Shown here: positions 1 to 13,600 of the stretch, piece after piece
How the letters are laid out: each line of letters starts with the position of its first letter
Numbering within the stretch: position 1 is the first letter of the stretch
From: Girardia tigrina
Lineage: Eukaryota
Direction: 5' to 3'
DNA: 59,924 nt
Assembly (NCBI GenBank): GCA_001938485.1
Contig: MQRK01206452.1
Location: 1-59,924 of the forward strand
Program-made: the position numbers and the translations under genes
The notes under the pieces: model-generated
Databases searched by the model: none
Told to the model about the DNA's origin: nothing
The model's input: only the letters and a program-made list of their open reading frames with translations

Positions 1-538
1 AAATTAAATAATAATGAAAGAAAAGTAAAATTTTTTTTAATTTTCTTTGGGTATAAATACCCATACAAATTTATTGAAATTAGAAATTTTGAAATTTAAA
101 GAAAAATTTAAAGATTAAGTAAAAATAAAAAGGAAGAAGGAAAACTTTTAAAAAAGAAAAAATATAGAAAAGAAAAAATATATATAAAACAATTATCAAA
201 TATATAAAAATTATATTTTCCAAGTCAACTCAAAGCAATTTGAGTGTCGATTCAAAAAAAATTGAGACACTTGCCAATTGTAAAAAGAATTGAATTGTAC
301 AATTTTATAGTAACAATCCTAATAAATATAAACCAGAATTTTCATTTGTTGTTGTTCAATTGATTCAATTGTTTGAAAAACTTATTAAGATCACTACTTA
401 ATATGATAATTGATTTGCTTTTAAATCAATCAAATTTTGGAAAATTTTTGGAAGAATCTTCTGATTTATTTGGAGTCAGAGAATTAGTTATTTCAAACTC
501 AGTATTTGAAAAATAAAGAAAAAACAAATACCCAACAA

Positions 539-1207
539 TGTTAGGGTTCCGAAAAATATAAATTAAAATTGTAACTAAAAGATCATGTAGAAAAAATTGA
601 AAATAATTCTCTGGTAAAAATCAATAATTTCGATTAACATAATAGTTGTTTTAATAAAATTTGAAGAATATTTATAAATATTTTGAGATTTTTTTCAGTT
701 AATCAATTTTCAAGGTTATAAAAATTAGTATAAAAACAACAATGAATTCAATCATAACCTCACCAATAATTTTCTATAATAAATTTTTAAAAGAATAATT
801 CGTGTCTCTACGAAGTAAACTTTATTATTTAATTAATCTGTTTGTTTTTATTTCCAAATTCAACAATCGAACTAAGTATCCTGTATTGGAGAAAAGAGTT
901 CATTTTGACTTTGGAATTACGGTTATCTTTCGTTTAGAAGATTTATAGTATCGATATTAAAAACTTTGATCTGACAAACTCGCATCGATTATCTGCTTGT
1001 GAATACGTTTACTATTGATTTGAACAATATAAAGCTGTGTGCTATTTTGTGTTATTGAAAATAAAGTTTCATAAAAGAATTTGTGTTCATTATTTATATA
1101 TTTATGTTGGAAGTCCGTACTGATTAATTTGTGTCAGATTAAAGATTAACTAATAAAGATTTGTGTTTTAAAAAGTAAATATTTTAATTAAAGTTAATTA
1201 CCCAACA
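539..1207 (+). mobile_element. Probable LTR (TGTTAGGGT...TACCCAACA), abutting the 3' end of a related LTR that ends at 537
   Basis: TG...CA ends with short inverted termini; AATAAA near the 3' end in both copies; both end in ACCCAACA. No TSD recognised. Confidence 0.5.
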
Positions 1208-1240
1208 AATATAACGGATCATCTAATCCCAAAATAACTA

Positions 1241-2900
1241 TTATGGGTCTTTTTGCACATCCTGTGTTCTTGGTTCGTTCAATTCTAACAATTTTATTAT
1301 CTCCCTGATATCCTTATTGGTTTTCTGTATTTTTAAAATATTACAAATATCTGCTACATTTAGAATATTTGAATACTTAAATTTGGTTTTAATAGTCCTT
1401 GCTCCGGGAGATATTGCAAACACAGTGATTTTACTATTTGTGAAATTCCATCTACATTTGAATGGCAGGATCAATTTCTAAACAACAATTCAAAATTAAA
1501 GGAAGATAAATCTTTCAACCAATTCGGAAATTATGGACTGATGGACTTGCTTGAAAAAATTCATAAAAAATGCTTTGTAATCAGTTTGAGCTATAAATTT
1601 TCTCCCGTAGAAATAATGTTTGAAATGCAGTACAAAATTTCCAAGTGCCAAAAGTTCCATTCCAGATACATAATAGCAGCATTTGTTAAATAAAAGTTCG
1701 AAATCCATATACAATTACTCGTTCCGAATCATCTTTTTGACTTTGAATTAATAACCTCCAATTGCTAAAAAACTGACAACTGTATCTAGAATCATTTCAC
1801 GATTATTATATGGAAAACTTAGTACTGGAGTTGTAGAAGGATGTTGTTTCAGTTCTTTGAAACTGGTTTCGCATTCTTCCAACTAATAATATTTATCCTT
1901 TATTGAACAATGTACATATAACGGAGCTACAACATGAGCAAAAGTTTTCTAAACTGTCAGTAATATTTCGTCAAACCAAAAAACTATCGTAGTTGAGTTA
2001 TACACTATGTTGTTGGTGCTCTAATGATTAATTTAATTTATTCCTCATTTGTTTCAATGTTTGCTTATAGTGTGTCATAAGAATTGAATTTCTGTTCCTT
2101 TAATCCTACACTTTCTTGGATTTATTTTTAGATCTGGTATAGGTATTCTTTGAAAATTTCTTCCAATTTTTTTTATCATCTTCCAGTTCTAATGTTTTAT
2201 AGACTAGTGTGTCATTCAATTATATTAATACGTCTTTATAAATCATATCATGAAAAATGCGAGAATATCTTTACAGCAAATCGAACAGTAACCCTTCAAC
2301 TGACAATCTTTTTAGCGACTGTTAACATATTGTTAATCTTTAAAACATTGTTCTGATTTCAGGGTTCAGATTCAAGTGGTGGTTTACTCCACAACTTGTA
2401 ATAAAATATCCTTGCTTTCATTTTCATCAATTCTGCAGGAAATTGAATTACTTTATTTAACTTTTCATATTGACCACTTTGCGTTCCATTCATCATATCT
2501 CGCTTGATATGATGATATTATGATTCTCGTGAACACGATTCAATATTGGACTTCTTTGAAATGCTTTTTTGCAGATGTCACGTATGTTTGATGATGCTGC
2601 TTTTATTAAGGCTACTGGTTTATTTGGTGTTAAACTTAAGAAAGTTATTTCTTATTCTCAACGTCTTTCATTTGTAAAATTAAGCTCCAAGAAAATAGTT
2701 TCTTTCAGTGTTTTACTTTGCAACTTTTGAAGGATGAAAGAGGCAATATATTCTTCTTTTAAGGTCTGCTTCTAAATAACTTCATTCAACAATTCTCGCA
2801 GATCGCTTTTGTAACTACAATATTCCCATCATAAAATATAGGAAACCTCTATCAGAAACATTTAAAATGCAAATCGTAATTGTTCAGGAATATATGGCTA
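1241..2900 (-). mobile_element. Degenerate Ty3/Gypsy pol fragment (RT/RNase H)
   Basis: ELLALGNFVLHFKHYFYGRKFIAQTDYKA resembles the RNase H ELLA...TDH motif; FFGLTKYY...FAHVVAPLY is RT connection-like; many stops and frameshifts. Confidence 0.8.
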
Positions 2901-3196
2901 TATATATAAGATGGTTCGGATTAAGACGAGAAAAATATGTGTATATGTATAAATGTATATATTTGATTTTGTAGAAAATAAATAAAAATTAGTTTTAGGA
3001 ATTTCGCCTTGTATAAAAATATGTAAATAAATTTGTGATCACAAGGATTTAAGATTCAATAAGGTATTAGATAAAGCAATTACAATGTATGTATATGGAG
3101 TATTTGATAGTGAAAAGCAAAGACGAAAAGATGGTACAGTTATTGTATAAACACAGTATTAGAACTGTAAACAACAATTACGAACAGAAATAATAT

Positions 3197-3570
3197 ATGA
3201 AGTAAGTTGTATCTAAACCTTTTATATTTACATATAGAGTACATATCAGATTGAAAAAGCACTGAAAGGATATCCTCAATTCCGTTGAGTATATTCGTTG
3301 GATAAAGTTCCAGATTATCTACTCGATTGAGGATATATAATTAATACTCAGACTTCTAATTTCCCAAGAGAACACTGGATTACAGTACATGTGACTGCAG
3401 ATCTAATGCGAGTATTCGATCCACTTGGGACGTATTACCTATCAACGTTGGTGACAAAATTGGAACGAATGCAACAACCTGCCATATATAATGATGTAAT
3501 GTATCAAAATCCACTAACATTTCTTTGTGGAAATTATTGTATATACTGGCTTAAACGCCAATTGTTATAA
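3197..3570 (+). pseudogene. Adenain-like (Polinton PRO) cysteine protease pseudogene
   Basis: YIINT...EHW...FDPLG...YN...YQ...CGNYC carries the His/Asp/Gln/Cys catalytic pattern; two in-frame TGA stops. Confidence 0.85.
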
Positions 3571-4559
3571 AAAAGTTGCTATGTTAATAAATTGTTATTA
3601 TTGTCTACCTTCTTTATTTATTTTGAGAGATTTGTGGATAAATATGATGAGTACATGATTAAAGAGCTGTGTATAATGTCTGTGGACAATATGTTAAATA
3701 CATTACATTATGTATTTCAGTAAGTTAAATTAGTGTTGCAAATGTAATAATATGTGTGGGTGCAATTTCTAGACCTAAAATGCATTGCTGCTCAAACAAA
3801 GCACAAAGAAAAAATGCTCATTTAACATTAACTCATCATAAATTGATGTGGGAAGAACACAATACCAAGTTTTGTCCGATTGTTTAATGCGAGACATTCG
3901 ATCACGATGTAATTTAGCTGAAGCATTGTTTTATGTCAAGGATAATGATGATGGACGAAAGGAAAAGTTGATAAAGTCTTTATTTCCTGATCTGAGAATA
4001 TGCACACATAAATGTGACAAACTAAAAGCGATACCAAAAACATTACTTGTATATATCGTGAACATGGTTCACATTGTGCTTATGTTAGGGTTTCGAAAAA
4101 TACATATAAACACTTTTGATAAAATTTTATGTAGAAAAAATTTAAAATAATTCTTTTGGTAAAATTATTAATTTCAAACAAAATACTTAAAAAAAATTTA
4201 TTTATTGATTTTTGTACTTTTGCACATGTGCAGCTTGAAAAGCACTGTGCTAGCGCATTAAAAATGTGCTTCAAAATGTGCACAATCGATTAGCACTTTT
4301 AAAATATCGACTAGCACATCTGGACACTGTGCAGCGATTGATTAGCACTTTTTCTATGGTTTCTATAGAAAGGGTCACTGTTGTTATGGATACGGTAACC
4401 GTTACCATGGGTACAATCGCCTTGAATCACTGTATCCGTTGTTAATGAAAGACGTCCCTTGTATATCGTTGCTATGGTAACTAAGACCTTGGTTACCATT
4501 GCTAAGGTGATCGGAACCGTTGCTATGGTGACCGGAACCGTTACTACCTAGGATTAAGG

Positions 4560-4775
4560 TGATCGGAACCATTGCTAGGGGATTACGGACCAATAAGAAG
4601 TGTTTTTGGGTAATCGCGACCGTTGCTAGGGTAATCAGAACCATTGATATGGGATTACTGACCAATAAGAAGTGTTTTTGGGTAATCGCGACCGTTGCTA
4701 GGGTAATCAGAACCATTGATAGGGGATTACTGACCAATAAGAAGTGTTTTTGGGTAATCGCGACCGTTGCTAGGG
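4560..4775. repeat. 72-bp tandem repeat, three copies, inside the Maverick TIR
   Basis: Unit ...ACCAATAAGAAGTGTTTTTGGGTAATCGCGACCGTTGCTAGGGTAAT... is repeated; this produces the 24-aa periodicity in the ORF track. Confidence 0.9.
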
Positions 4776-4892
4776 TACCAAGAACCAATCAGAAGGATTT
4801 CCAAGTGAGCCGTAACCGTTGCTAAGGTAACCACGATCATTGCTATGGTAACCCGGGGGGTGTGGGGGGAGAACCCGCATTTCCCCCCTACT

Positions 4893-5955
4893 AAAATGGT
4901 GAAGAAACACAACCACTGCGCAAATGTGGTAGAAGCAGAAGCCGCAGAAATTATTTATAATATTCAAAATGATGCTAAAACATTTAATAACTTGCGTCAC
5001 TATATCATTTCAAGTGACGTTGCAACTTGCTCACAAGTAGCATCCCTATACTTCTAACGATTTATACAATGAAAGGTACGATACGCAAAGTAAGAAATCA
5101 TCATATTGATTGACTAATTCAACTATCTCACATCAGAAATTTATTTTTCCAGAGAATGACGCTAAACTACGTGGAGGGGAAATTTTCCTAAGGGATTTTG
5201 GACATGAAGACAACTGTAGGATAATCATCGATACGAAGAAAGGGAACATTAGGAAAATATTTTAATCGACAGTATCACCGATGTCAATATCTACAGATTT
5301 TGAAAAGGCCACAATTAATGCTTGTAGAAAAGTATTTCCAAATGCTGAAAAAGGGGGTTTCTTTCAATTTTCGCAAAGCATTTATCGTTCAATTCAAAGT
5401 AATAGATTGAAAAAGCGGTACGAAACGGATGTTAATTTTTCATTAAACATGAAAATGCTGGGTGCAATTGCATTTGTTCCTATTAAAGCAATAGTATATG
5501 TTTTTGAATATCTATGTGACAATTTAATATTTCACCGGAAGCACAAGAAGTTATCGAATATTTTAAAGATACGTGGATCGGACGTCCGACCAAAATCAAG
5601 TTACGTCGACCTCCACTGTTTGCTCATGAAATGTGGAATATACATTTAGTTCTTCGCCAAGGATTACCACAAACTAACAATTCTACAACACAATAGTTAA
5701 AAATAACAATAAAAGAGACTTCTAACAGTTTATAATAGAAATACCAGTGTAATTGAATATTTGAAAGGTATTTCTTATTAATAAAATTTGTTATCTTTGT
5801 TCGGTTTATTTTTTGAGGTAAATAATATAAGTTTATATTTTTCATTAAATCTTTAGTCGATGAATTTTCCGACGGTGAACTGTTGGGAGTATGAATTTAC
5901 CAGCGATGAATTGCTGTTTCTATGAATTGCTTTCGATGAATTTTCCGGATTCCTT
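4893..5955 (+). mobile_element. MULE/Mutator transposase remnant
   Basis: TDFEKATINACRKVFPNA..FFQFSQSIYR (MULE DDE domain); downstream PQTNN; TIR-like GAATTT(A/T)CC repeats at 5860-5955. Confidence 0.8.
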
Positions 5956-7056
5956 TTTTTCTGGTTTAATGGGTATGGAGTTCGATAGCAGCTACTTAGG
6001 GACGCAAGTGTCATATCTATAAATAACCATACCGCGTGCCGGTATTCCCGGTATTGAAACTGGTTTGCGATGATGTACCATAGTTGAGTTAAGTAGAAAA
6101 TGAACAATTTTTAGTGATTCATTTCAATTCCATTGCTTTATCTATTCAAGTAAAATAAAAAATTTTAAAACCTGAGAGGTCAAATATTGACGAATTTACC
6201 ACTGTAGGAAATTTCAACCATGGCTTGAAGACCACTGGTGTAACTGAAGACGGGCGAATATGAAAATTGTTTGCTAAACGTGTGTCATAATGGGTAATGC
6301 GATATACTTTTGGTATCAACTCCTCCCTGTGAGTTAAATAAAATTCAGACTGATTATCATCGAACAATAGAGGACAGGGAAAATTTCTCAAGAACAGTAC
6401 GTTATCCATATAATTTTGTAACGGTGCATTACATATCATATACCGTGATTGTAGGTTTGCGATGTTGGTTCTCTCAATACGAAATTTGCATCCATTTGTA
6501 GTTTCATTCAGATTGCTTACAGAAAAAATAAAGAAAAAAACTTAAAGGAAATTTGAAAAAGGTAGAATTTTCAATTTGGTCCAACTATTTGAAGAGGTAG
6601 TCAACATCAGAGATATGCCCCAACAGTCAAGTGGATTCACTACTGTGATGGTAAATTGTGGGGTTTTAACTCGATAGTGGTTAAATTGTTGTGGGAGTGA
6701 ATATAAAATCAACTTTTTTATTTTATAAAAAATTTTTTACAGGAATATTTACGGATTTAGCTTAAAAAAATTTCCAAAATCTGGTTAGCGATCAGTGTGA
6801 TAGTAAATGAGTCTATTCGATAAATACATATATAATATACATCACTCAAATCAACATTGAGACAAATTTCTTTAATTATCCGTTAGACAGAAGAATCTTT
6901 AATCCCAGCTCCTAAATTGTCATAACTATTCTTTCACAATATCTTGGTTATTTAAAACATAATAAGAATTAATAGTATATGAAAATTCATTTGAAAATAA
7001 AATTTCATAATGTTATACAATTTTTGACTTATTTTAAATATTTTTAGATTGAATTA

Positions 7057-7229
7057 TAGTCAGACCTCTCGTATCCGTCCCTCTCCTAACCATCACCGTC
7101 TCATTCCGTCGCGATTTTCATTTGACGGAGCTTCAAATCGCCATTGAAAACGAACTCTCATATCTAACACCATCTCAATCCGTCACACTTTCGAAAAAAC
7201 GACCCCGACGAATACGAGAGTTCTGACTG
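7057..7229. mobile_element. MITE (pogo/Tigger-like TIRs) about 460 bp upstream of the MED1 ATG
   Basis: AGTCAGACCTCTCGTATCCGTC ... GACGAATACGAGAGTTCTGACT inverted termini. Confidence 0.7.
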
Positions 7230-7689
7230 TTGTATTTTAATACAATATTGAACATTTGATCTAACAATTTCAGATATTAATAATTCATAAAAATCAACTG
7301 TATACAATAAAGCATTTTCAGATTATTTAAAAACAATCAATATAAAAAACTAACCAATCCTCCTAAATTTAAAAGTTTTACTTGCGTCCGTGACAAAAAC
7401 AGTCTTGATGTTATTTAATAATGATATTAATAAAAAAACCTACGAAAATGCTTGTAAAATCTAAACTCTATTACGAAAATAATGATAAGAAAATTTAATT
7501 TACAATTAATAATAATTCCAAAAAAAATTTTTTTTATAAAAATTGTTTAAGTATTACAAAAAAAAACTTTCAAGTTTGTTTTATTGCATCAATGAATTAT
7601 TTATTTAACTTTTATTTTAACTTTCTTCTTTGAAATAATAGAGAAAAAATCTTTTCTTTTTCTTTTTCTTGCTGCTCCCGAGATTTATA

Positions 7690-10600
7690 ATGGCTTATAA
7701 ATACGTAGATATTTTAAAGTCGACAAATAGCCACAACAAATGGGAAGAAGTGACGAGTTTGTTGACGACTTGTTCCAAGGTTGATTTTTTGATTTTTTCC
7801 GATTAAATTCTGACGCAATAAGACGCAATATTAGGACCCCAATGAGATAATCGATTCGATTTCGAAAAGTCTTCTTCATTTGAATAATTATTCCTCGAAA
7901 ATCCGCAAACAAATCTCAAGAAATGACAAAGAGAAATCGTTGAAATATATCAAATTGATTTGCAAATTGAATCATTTGATTTATTGCGAAGTATGACGTT
8001 GATTTATGGCTCTTTCGAGACTTGATTTATTGTCCATTGAAATCGATTAAAAAAATAGAAATTGAAATTAAAAATCAATTTAAAAAAATTTCAAAAATTA
8101 TTTTTAAAATATTTTCAACTTTTTTTTGTATATAAAACTTTTTTGTTAATAATAATATTTTTTTAAAATATTTTAGAAAAATAATTTTTATAAAAATAAT
8201 TATTATATTCATAGAAAAAAAATAATTAATTAATAATTAATGAAATAAATAATTCTATTTTTTTGCAGTATTTTTTATTATTAGAATTTTTATTTATTTA
8301 AAATATTTTGTTTATTAATTTAATTAATTATTATTAAAAAATTTTATGAAAAATAAATTTAATTACAAAATTTATTATTCCACTTTTATGGAAAATTTTT
8401 TTAATTGAAATTGTATTTTTTCTGCTTTTAATTTTTATTATTATGATTTTTATTTTTTTAAATAATTTTCAAAATGACACAGAGAAATCGTTAAAATATA
8501 TCAAATGGATTTGCAAATGGAATCATTTGATTAATTGTGAACTATGGCGTTGATATTTGTTTTGAAGATTTGTTTTTTTTGTCCATTAAAATCGATGAAA
8601 AAATTAAATTAGAAACTAAAAATCAATTTGATAAAAATTAAAAAAATATTTCCAAAATAATCAGTAAGAAACTGTGGTTTAAGTAACATTATTTAATTCG
8701 TCCTCACAGACCTCATTTCGTTTTTACGGTGATAACTGCTTTTTTTATCATTCTGTTGTAGTTTAATAATTAATAGTTTTGGTTATTTTGATGTTTTTAT
8801 CCATTCAGTTTGCTCCTTTACAAGTTCCATTTCCTGGTTTGTTATATTCTCTCCATTTTCTATAAATCTCAAAAACTTTTCATCATTTGTTTTTTATAAA
8901 TTTCTGATTTATGTGGAATTTCTTTCATATTTTTTTCCGATTGTCCGTGATCTTGAGACACATTAACATGGGGAAAAGCAATTTTTTCTACAATATTAGT
9001 GATTAAATTTGCACCGTTTTAATTTTTTTTGAATTCGAGTTGAATTCCGAAGATGTTATTTCATCGCTTTCGTTTTTCGAGAATAAATATTTTTCCATAT
9101 CTTTTTTTTATTCTCGATATTGTTCCTTTGTTAGTGAAAAATTCTACTGCCAATTTCCGTTTTGTTTTGAGTATTCTTTCGTTTTCACAAATTCTAAATT
9201 TCGTTTTTCATAAATTCTAATTAAAAAAAATATTTATCTGATACTTCACCAAAAAAGATTAAAGCAAATTTAATTTTTTATCAAATTATTTTAAAGTCAT
9301 TTTTTAATTAAAATCCTTTTTTTATAATTGTTAAAAAATATGAAATAAAAATATTTACAAAAAACCAAAATTATTTTCAACTTTTTTTTTGATTTTACAA
9401 TATTGTTTTTGATAATTTTTAAAAATATTGTTTGGATAAAAATTTAATTAATAAAAAATTATTTTAGAAATTTATAAGAAAATTTTAGTTTTTATTATTA
9501 TCATTTTATTTTTATTAATTAAAATTATATTTAATTATAAAAACAAAGTATATTTTTATTAATAATTTAAATAAAATAATTTAGAAAGGTTTCTAGAAAA
9601 TAATAATAAAAATATTTTCGTTTATTTATAATTATTTAATTAATTTATTTAAATTTAAAATGCTTTTTGGATATATTAAATGATAGAAATAAATTGTCGA
9701 CAATTCTTATTTTTTAATTATATTTTTTTCATATTTTTTCAAGCGTATAAAATAATTATTTTGACATTTTTTTTATTAAATTCAAATATTAAAAATATTT
9801 CACTTTTTTTCTATTTTTTCAGTATTTTTTTAAACTAATTTAAGGGAAATTAAATTTCATTCTTTTTTATTATTTTAATAAAATATTTTAGAAAGATTTC
9901 TAAAAATTTTTGTTTTTATTTTTAATGTTTAGTGAATTTAAAATATTTTCTTGGGTATATAAAAAATTAAAAATAAATGTTCCAAAATTCTTTATATTTT
10001 TTGATATTTTTTCATTGTAATTTACAATTTTTTTTAAAAATTGTATATATATATATATATATATTAGGTTGATCGGAAAGTTTCAGCATTTTTCTAATTA
10101 AAAAAAGACAAAAATTATACAATATTTAACAAATTTTATTATAAAATATAATTCCCCTTGTATTCTATATCATTTTGACACTTGTCCGACAGCAAAAAAT
10201 ATTTTTTTTGTAAAAGCTCTCCTCTTTTGATTTGGAAAACAAATTGAGGAAAGCTGTTAACTAATTTTCATCGGGAAATCTTTTTTCTTTTAATGATAAA
10301 TTAAATAAATTAATGAGAATCCGACGGAGAATAAGGCGGATGAGGTAAGACTTCCCATCCGAGCTCAGAATTATTTCTTGGATCTTCTTTGCCGTGTGGG
10401 GTCTAGTGTTTTCGTATTGTAAGACTACTCCGCTTCTGAAAGATTAGGTTGTTTTTGCTTGATGTTCTTATTCAATGAAACCAACTGCTTATATTATAGG
10501 TCTACAGTAACAGTTTTGCCAGGTTTTAGCGTTTAATAATAAATTATTCCCTGGTAATCCAAATAAAAACATAACTATACTTTTTGAAGAGTTAAATCAG

Positions 10601-13600
10601 GTTTTGGAATAGTTGAAGGCACTTGATTTTTCGAAAACCATTGTTATTTTCTTTTTCTGTTGTTTCACGCAATCCACTTTTCGTCTTCCGTCACAATTCG
10701 TTTTAAAAATATGTCGACAATAAATATTTCTTAAAGAATATCACGTATCCGACCGCATGTTTTCGTTCTCTTCAGTAAGGTCATTCAGTACCCATACTCC
10801 ATCTCCAGTATTTTCCGTTTTTCGCGTGTTCTTGTACTGTAAATTTAGGGACACCCAAGTGTGTGTGATAATTCAGATATTGTTAATTTTGGGTTCGACT
10901 TTATTCTTTCCAGTAAATCGGCATCATCCAATTGAATTGATCATCTAGACTTAAATTTCCAGATCAAAATTTTTTAAACCACGTTTGACAAGTTTGTAAC
11001 TTCAGATTATTGGGACATATAGCACAAATGTTATTTGTAACAACTGTTGCCGAATTTTTTATATGAACGCCGTACAACATCAACACATGGAAACCCCTCT
11101 ATCATTTTCGAATGGAGATGTGTTTAAGGATATAAAATCTATTTTTAGACACTGAAGGACACAAACAGTTTAAATTATAAAAAAAAACATTCGTTCAATG
11201 TGATAACTTCGGTAAAACTGACCGCAAATATATGTTATAAAAAACGCTGAAATTTTCCGGTCCCCCTAATATATATCAATATTGTCACTGATAAATAGAA
11301 TAAAAATTCTTCTGGGACAAAGTCTCTCTAGAGTCATATTTGGAGATGGTAAATGACACGTATAATAATCTATTAGACATCACGAAATGGCGTCAGTTGT
11401 TTGGAATTATCCGCGGACTGTTTCCGCATCATAATCGTATTGAATGATAACTGGCCGATGCAGGGTGACAACAACTATGTCATTTTCAAACAGATCCTCT
11501 TTGAGCTCAATAAAGAGAAACCGAAAGTATTGTTCTTTATTAGTATTTCGATTTTTCATTGATAATTTTTTATTCTTTAAAAATCAGTGGCAAGCGGGAA
11601 AACAAATATTATTTTTTATATTATTTTCACTATTTTCATAATCATTTTTATAGCGAAGATTCAGTGGATAGAGAATTTTTATTTTGCACTTTTAACCGAA
11701 AGGTTAATTACATCAATTAGATGACAATTAAATCTCAACAAACATAATTTCTCTGTGGTCTCCGGTTGTAACTTTGATTTTTTATAACTTCAAAGAATCT
11801 CTCGAATCCATCAGCATCAAAAAATCGATCCCAGATCCATTTCACCTGAAAAACTTCTTTGAAAGTGTTTAGCTGTTAGTGTAATTCTTATTTCATTCTA
11901 CACATCTTTTTTGTGATCGATAATCCTTTCTTTTTGTGTTCCAGTTTGAAAGTTGCACATAAAATTTTAAAGATAATTTATTAATAGGTTGTTGCAAAAA
12001 CAGTTTACAAAAGAAGTAACTCAGCACAGAATAAACTTTATTAATCGAAATAAAAACCATCAGAATCGATACATTTTTGCCAACTAGAAACAAGTTTATT
12101 GATGCTCCTAGTGTAGGAATCCTGAGTTCTAGATGCGATGAAAGCGTAAAAAGCGCTTTTGGTGTCGTCTTGGTTTTGAATTATTTTTCATGGATGAAGT
12201 TGTCCAGATGCTTGAAAAAATGGTAGTTGGTGGGCGAGAGGTCCGATGAGTAGGGTGGATGAGGTAACCCAATTTGTTTAGCTTTTGAAGGGTCGGTTTT
12301 GCGATGTGTGGTCGGGCGTTGTCGTAGAGAAGAATTGACCCCTTCATATTGACCAATCTTTGGCATATACGTCGGAGCTCGTGATGCATTTTGTCAATTT
12401 GTGTGCAGTACTTCTCTGCGGTGATCGTTTCACCCGTATTCAGAAAGCTGTGATGAATGAGACCGGCTGCAGACCACCAAACAGTCACCATAACCTTCTT
12501 TAGGGGAAGTTTCGGTTTCGGAAAGTGGTGAGGAGCCTCATCGCGGTCCAACCATTGCGCCGAATGTCGCCGATTGTCGTAGAGAATCCACTTGTCATCA
12601 CACTTCAAAATTTTATCGAAAAACGGGTCGTTCTTGTTGCGCAGAAGAAGCGCGGAAGACACCTCAAAACGACGATTTTTTGACTTTCGTTCAATTCGTG
12701 AGGCAACCATTTATCGATCTTTTTCGACTTTCCAATTTGCTTCAAGTGCCGAGCGACGGTTGAAGGATAAACGTTAAGCTCTTCTGCAAGTACTCGAACA
12801 GTTGTGCGTGGATCGTCTTCCACCAGTTCCTTCAACTCGTCGTTGTCAATCGTCGATGGGCGACTGTCATGAGGCTCCTCTTTTAGACTGGTAATGCCAG
12901 AGCGAAACTTTTGATACCAGCGCTGCACCGTGCATTCGTTGACACTTCCATTATCCCAAATTTCTTTGATATTTCGAGCGGTTTGAGCTGCATTACGCCC
13001 CAGCTTGAACTCGTAGAAGTAAATTTTGCGAAAATCACGTTTTGACATGTGCAATTAAAATCGAAATTAGTAACAGAAGAAACATTATGATAAGTTTTAG
13101 ACAAATGTATCTGAAAGAGTGTAAATTAGGCTTTCGAATGACTCATAACATCACACATTACATAACATTTTCCATTGCTCAGCAGTGGTTTGGAAACAAT
13201 CCATGGCCGCTACTTCAAGATAGTGCACCATGTCACACCTCTTGCTTGGCAAAACATTTCCTGGAGGAGAGTGGTAAAACGCGCGAAGAAATACTTGCCA
13301 ATGCCACTTACCTGTGGATGCATGATGCTGACATAAAGACTGCGGCTTTTAATTGTGTGCTCTCCATGTCACACAGAGTTCGAGAATTGCATGTCATGAA
13401 GGGCGGTCATACTCATTATTAAACAATTCACAATCTTGGAACTCAGTAGTGGGTTTTATATTTTCTAGCTTGGCGCAATTAATTTGACCAACGTAGTACT
13501 TAGTGATGTCAAAATGTACACAGACTTCCCCATTAAAATAAGCTTTATTCTTACTCTTTAGGTAAATACAGTGCGTTCAAAAAGTAACTGTGCACCTGCA

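Larger units (their letters stand above)
3040..4892 (+). mobile_element. Maverick/Polinton terminal fragment: major capsid C-terminus, cysteine protease, exonuclease-like gene, terminal repeat ending CCCCCCTACT
   Basis: 3045-3148 LRFNKVLDKAITMYVYGVFDSE (PY/MCP C-terminus-like); 3197-3570 protease; 3610-4100 FVDKYDEYMIKELCI...HHKLMWEE...LFYVK; GC-rich tandem-repeat TIR 4290-4892 ending in the Polinton-type CT. Confidence 0.8.

Noticed and set aside
4560-4775. CRISPR-like array
   Set aside because: Units are nearly identical along their full length with no unique spacers; eukaryotic context; no cas genes.
4311-5057. Overlapping ORFs on both strands
   Set aside because: Translations of the Maverick TIR tandem repeats; no protein motif.
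8660-9220. Decayed K/E/N-rich coding-like stretch on the minus strand (similar cases at 16150-16900, 24890-25520, 27900-28720)
   Set aside because: Probably retroelement debris, but too degraded to assign a family with confidence.
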